A stretch of 64,000 nucleotides of DNA from an uncultured Verrucomicrobiae bacterium (GTDB lineage: Bacteria; Verrucomicrobiota; Verrucomicrobiia; Limisphaerales; Palsa-1400), in NCBI GenBank assembly GCA_963702845.1, contig OY969763.1, positions 4,992,001 through 5,056,000 of the forward strand, given 5' to 3'. The notes beneath the pieces were generated by a model. It saw only the letters and a program-made list of their open reading frames with translations, had not been told where the DNA came from and made no database searches. Position 1 is the first letter of the stretch. Each line of letters starts with the position of its first letter. This document shows positions 60,411 to 64,000 of the stretch, piece by piece. The position numbers and the translations under genes were made by a program.

Positions 60411-61403
60411 ATGAAAGCCAAAGAAAACTCGGCCAGCAAATGGATCAATTTCCGGCCTGAAATCAAAGTGCTTGATTGCACCATTCGCGACGGCGGGTTG
60501 ATGAACAACCATCATTTCACCGACGAATGCGTCAAAGCCGTTTACACCGCGTGCGTCGATGCCGGCATCGATTACATGGAGCTTGGCTACAAGGCGTCGC
60601 GCAAGGTCATTACGCCCGGCGAGCATGGCAAATGGAAATACTGCGTCGAAGACGAAATGCGGAAAGTCATCGGCGATCACGATTCGGGCAAACTAAAACT
60701 CTCCGTCATGGCCGACGCCGAACGTTGCGATTACCACGAAGATATTCTTCCGCAAAAGGACAGTATTTTCAGCATGATCCGTGTGGCGACCTATATTAAT
60801 CAGATTCCTGCCGCGCTCGACATGGTCAAAGACGCACACGACAAAGGTTACGAAACCACGCTCAATTTGATGGCCGCATCGATTGTGCCCGAACGTGAAT
60901 TGAACGAAGGCCTGGAGCTGATGGCAAATTCAGAAACCAAAGCCGTCTATGTGGTAGACAGCTTCGGTGCGCTCTACCGCGAGCAAGTCGATTTCATGAT
61001 GGAGAAATACCTGGCTTATTGTAAGCCCAAGAAAGTCGAAGTGGGCATGCACGCGCACAACAATCTCCAACTCGCCTACGCCAATACCATCGAAGCCATC
61101 ATCAAAGGCGCGAATATGCTCGACGCCACCATGGCCGGCCTCGGTCGCGGCGCTGGCAATTGTCCGATGGAGCTGCTGCTCGGTTTCCTGCACAACCCGA
61201 AATACAAACTGCGTCCGGTCTTAAAATGCGTTCAGGAAACAATCGAGCCGTTGCGCGCAAAACTCGGCTGGGGTTTCGACCTGCCTTATATGATGACCGG
61301 TTTGCTGAACCAGCATCCGCGCGCAGCCATGAAAGCCAAAGCGAATGGGTCGCAAGCGGACATTCTTGAATTTTACGACGCGTTGGTGGACGAGAATGCT
61401 TAG
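60411..61403 (+). CDS. DRE-TIM metallolyase (HMGL-like / 4-hydroxy-2-oxovalerate aldolase-like)
   Basis: [37 protein letters not shown]. Confidence 0.88.
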   Translation: MKAKENSASKWINFRPEIKVLDCTIRDGGLMNNHHFTDECVKAVYTACVDAGIDYMELGYKASRKVITPGEHGKWKYCVEDEMRKVIGDHDSGKLKLSVMADAERCDYHEDILPQKDSIFSMIRVATYINQIPAALDMVKDAHDKGYETTLNLMAASIVPERELNEGLELMANSETKAVYVVDSFGALYREQVDFMMEKYLAYCKPKKVEVGMHAHNNLQLAYANTIEAIIKGANMLDATMAGLGRGAGNCPMELLLGFLHNPKYKLRPVLKCVQETIEPLRAKLGWGFDLPYMMTGLLNQHPRAAMKAKANGSQADILEFYDALVDENA

Positions 61404-61533
61404 GCGTCGGCGAATGCGGCTTTCATAGGTCAGAAAAAGTTGCCCGACTGATCGGTTGATCAGAGTCAACCCTTGGCATGTTAGAGGTAATTACCTCTTG
61501 CCAATCCGGGGAGTGATTTTTAAGTTGCTAGCG

Positions 61534-61920
61534 ATGGAAAGTTCGCAATTGGAACAATACATACCGGTGGGTATCCTGGCGATTTTCGCGCTGCTCTTTG
61601 CCGGCGGGACGCTCGTGGCTTCGGTGATTTTCGGCAAGCTCGGTCGTCGCAGCAAAATCAAAGATTCCGCTTATGAATGCGGCATGTTGCCCATCGGCGA
61701 AGGTAACTCGCGCTTGTCGGTGAAGTTCTACCTCGTGGCGATGCTCTTCATCCTTTTCGATATCGAAGTCGTTTTCCTTTATCCCTGGGCGGTCGTTTAC
61801 AAAGACATGCTTAAGAACAATGCCGGGTTGATTTTCGGTTCGATGATGTCGTTCCTGGTAATTTTGTTTGTGGGTTACATCTACGCGCTAAAGAAACACG
61901 CGTTTGATTGGAAAGAATAA
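61534..61920 (+). CDS. nuoA: NADH-quinone oxidoreductase subunit A
   Basis: AYECG, VKFYLVAMLFILFDIEVVFLYPWA; start taken at ATG 61534. Confidence 0.95.
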   Translation: MESSQLEQYIPVGILAIFALLFAGGTLVASVIFGKLGRRSKIKDSAYECGMLPIGEGNSRLSVKFYLVAMLFILFDIEVVFLYPWAVVYKDMLKNNAGLIFGSMMSFLVILFVGYIYALKKHAFDWKE

Positions 61921-61970
61921 TGCAGTTTACGCAGGTCGGTTGATCGGTTGTCCCCCCAACTCATCCTTCT

Positions 61971-63404
61971 ATGACCACTATTAAATTCGGTACGGCTGGT
62001 TGGCGCGCTCTCATCGCTAAAGAATTCACGTTTGAAAACGTTCGCCTGTGCGCCCAAGGCGTCGCGGGTTATCTCAAGGCGGAACTCGCTAAACCTGACT
62101 CTCCCATCCATGGGCGCAAGCCGGAGGTCATCATCGCGCATGATTGCCGTTTTCTCGGACGCGAGTTTGCGCTCGCGGTGGCGGAGGTTTTTACGGCCAA
62201 CGGATTGAAGCCAGTCCTCGGTGATCGCGATATGCCGACGCCGGTGCTGGCGTTTACGATTCGCAAACGCAAAGCGCTCGGCGGCATCAATATTACTGCC
62301 AGTCACAATCCGCCGGAATATTCCGGGTTTAAGTTTTCCATATACGATGGCGCAGGGGCGCCGCCGGAAGTGACGAAACAAATCGAGGGAACGATCGCAA
62401 AATTGCAGACAGCGAATTGGTCGTTTAAGTCGGTCATCACCGGGACCTTTCAGTGTTCCACCATCAATCCTCAGCCGGATTATTTTAAGCAGATCCATAA
62501 GCTGGTTGATTTCGCCACGATTAAAAAGGCGAAGCTGAAGATCGCTGTCGATGTAATGTATGGGTGCGGCCGCGGGTACCTCGATACGCTTCTTAAAGAG
62601 GCTGGCGCGCAGCTCACCGTGTTTCACGATGTTCCAAATCCCTTGTTCGGCGGGCATCCGCCGGAGCCGAGCGCGGAGCATTTACCGGACGTCATCAAAA
62701 CGGTTCGCAGCGGCAAGGCGCAACTTGGGCTTTCAACTGATGGCGATGCGGATCGCTTTGGGATCGTCGATAAGGACGGCACGTTCATGACCCCGAACCA
62801 GGTTCTGGCGTTGACGTTGTATCATCTGAAAAAAAATCGCGGCTGGACGGGCGCGGCGGTGCGCACCGTTCCGACAAGCGCGCAAGTGGATGCGGTGGCG
62901 CGGTTGCTTGGTGTGACGATGCATGAGGTGCCGGTCGGTTTTAAATACATCGGCGCGTTAATGGAAAGTGAACCGATTATCGTTGGCGGTGAAGAGTCTG
63001 GTGGGCTGAGTGTCAAAGGGCACGTGCCGGAGAAGGACGGAATTCTCGCCTGCTTGCTCATGGCTGAATTGGTCGCGACGGAACGGAAGTCGCTTGGGCA
63101 GATTCTCAAAGAGATCGAAAAGAAAACCGGCCCGTTCTTTACTGATCGCATCAACATCAAGGTTGCCTTGGATAAGAAGGAGCAGTTGTTGGCGAAGCTC
63201 GGCAAAGGGTTGGATAAAGTCGGTTCATTTAAGGTGGAGAAATTCATTACGACTGACGGTTTCAAATTTCTGCTGCCCGATTTTGAATGGGTCGCCTTCC
63301 GCGCTAGCGGCACAGAACCAGTCTTCCGCTGCTATATCGAAGCGAAATCGAAGAAACATTTGGAAACACTGCGCAAAGCGTGCCGTGTTTTGTTGGAGTC
63401 TTGA
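61971..63404 (+). CDS. Phosphoglucomutase/phosphomannomutase
   Basis: FGTAGWR, TASHNP, DGDADR, GGEESGG, FRASGTEP. Confidence 0.95.
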   Translation: MTTIKFGTAGWRALIAKEFTFENVRLCAQGVAGYLKAELAKPDSPIHGRKPEVIIAHDCRFLGREFALAVAEVFTANGLKPVLGDRDMPTPVLAFTIRKRKALGGINITASHNPPEYSGFKFSIYDGAGAPPEVTKQIEGTIAKLQTANWSFKSVITGTFQCSTINPQPDYFKQIHKLVDFATIKKAKLKIAVDVMYGCGRGYLDTLLKEAGAQLTVFHDVPNPLFGGHPPEPSAEHLPDVIKTVRSGKAQLGLSTDGDADRFGIVDKDGTFMTPNQVLALTLYHLKKNRGWTGAAVRTVPTSAQVDAVARLLGVTMHEVPVGFKYIGALMESEPIIVGGEESGGLSVKGHVPEKDGILACLLMAELVATERKSLGQILKEIEKKTGPFFTDRINIKVALDKKEQLLAKLGKGLDKVGSFKVEKFITTDGFKFLLPDFEWVAFRASGTEPVFRCYIEAKSKKHLETLRKACRVLLES

Positions 63405-63433
63405 TTCGGAGTTGGCGACGCCGACACTCCGAA
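63405..63433. terminator. Hairpin between convergent PGM and tRNA genes
   Basis: ttcggagt...actccgaa stem flanked by an A-tract. Confidence 0.5.
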
Positions 63434-63445
63434 AAAGAAAAGATT

Positions 63446-63520
63446 TGGTAGCGCGTACGGGAATCGCACCCGTCTTTCAGCCTTGAGAGGGCCGTGTCCT
63501 AACTGATAGACGAACGCGCC
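63446..63520 (-). tRNA. tRNA-Glu (CTC), CCA encoded
   Basis: GGCGCGT acceptor...CGGCC CT CTC AA GGCTG anticodon arm...ACGGG TGCGATT CCCGT...ACCA. Confidence 0.93.
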
Positions 63521-63577
63521 AACCAGAGAACACTAGAGTATTGGGCCGGCTGACTGATGTCAACCGGGCCAACCTGC

Positions 63578-64000
63578 TCAACGGCCGAACGATACCAGTT
63601 GCCTTTTTGCGCGAACGCGGCCGGTCTTGGCCAACGCCAGCTTTACTTCGGCGTTTCCGCGCAACGCTTTGGAATACGGACACGTTCGATGCGCCTGTTC
63701 CAACAACCTTTCCGCCGTGATGCGGTCGACGCCGGGTAAATCAGCCCGCAATTCCACCCCAAGCTGCTGGCCCCCTTCGTTCGTCTCTTTCAAATTCACG
63801 ACAGTGGTTAGTGTTGAGTCCTTTAGCGAGATGCGAGCGGCTCGGGCTGCTTGTTCCAAAGCAGATCGGAAACACGAACCGTAGGCGGCCGCGAAAAGCT
63901 CTTCTGGATTTGTGCCTTGGTCGTCCGCCTCTCCGCCCATCTCCGGCGGTGGACGAATGGCCATGCGAAACCGTTTATCGGGGGAACTCACACTTCCGTT
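63578..64000 (-). CDS. Ohr family peroxiredoxin (5' end probably outside the window)
   Basis: GTNPEELFAAAYGSCF and AHRTCPYSKALRGN. Confidence 0.9.
   Translation of the reverse strand, partial: NGSVSSPDKRFRMAIRPPPEMGGEADDQGTNPEELFAAAYGSCFRSALEQAARAARISLKDSTLTTVVNLKETNEGGQQLGVELRADLPGVDRITAERLLEQAHRTCPYSKALRGNAEVKLALAKTGRVRAKRQLVSFGR

Overview
Chromosomal segment of a moderately GC-rich bacterium, most consistent with Verrucomicrobiota (Pedosphaerales/Limisphaerales-like). This call is an inference from the PVC-type CxxCH protein, TIGR02597-like domain, 'FYRL'-type C-terminal domains and prenyltransferase-repeat module. The window holds about 40 genes. They include a UvrD/Rep helicase, a type IV minor-pilin/PilM cluster, a DUF4175-like/prenyltransferase/TPR module, a System II cytochrome c maturation operon, mnmA, RNase P RNA, a TonB receptor, two large Ig-domain surface proteins, glycosyltransferases, acs, thrH, gpsA/plsY, ComEC, a GIDE-LemA fusion, a nuclease-DinG helicase, nuoA, a phosphoglucomutase, tRNA-Glu and Ohr. 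No CRISPR array, transposase, integrase or reverse transcriptase is visible. The most unusual signals are: (1) two inverted copies (about 31.8 and 45.7 kb) of a modular intergenic element with a conserved operator/promoter/RBS head and a divergent body made of 7-, 10- and 8-bp periodic repeats, around which G/C strand skew flips; (2) a candidate structured RNA at about 14.1 kb preceded by a GGA-rich tract; (3) a PilX-like pilin with a nested out-and-back repeat stalk; (4) a DPHxG-repeat protein heading the ccs operon. A dense run of frameshifts at 24-28.7 kb is probably sequencing error.
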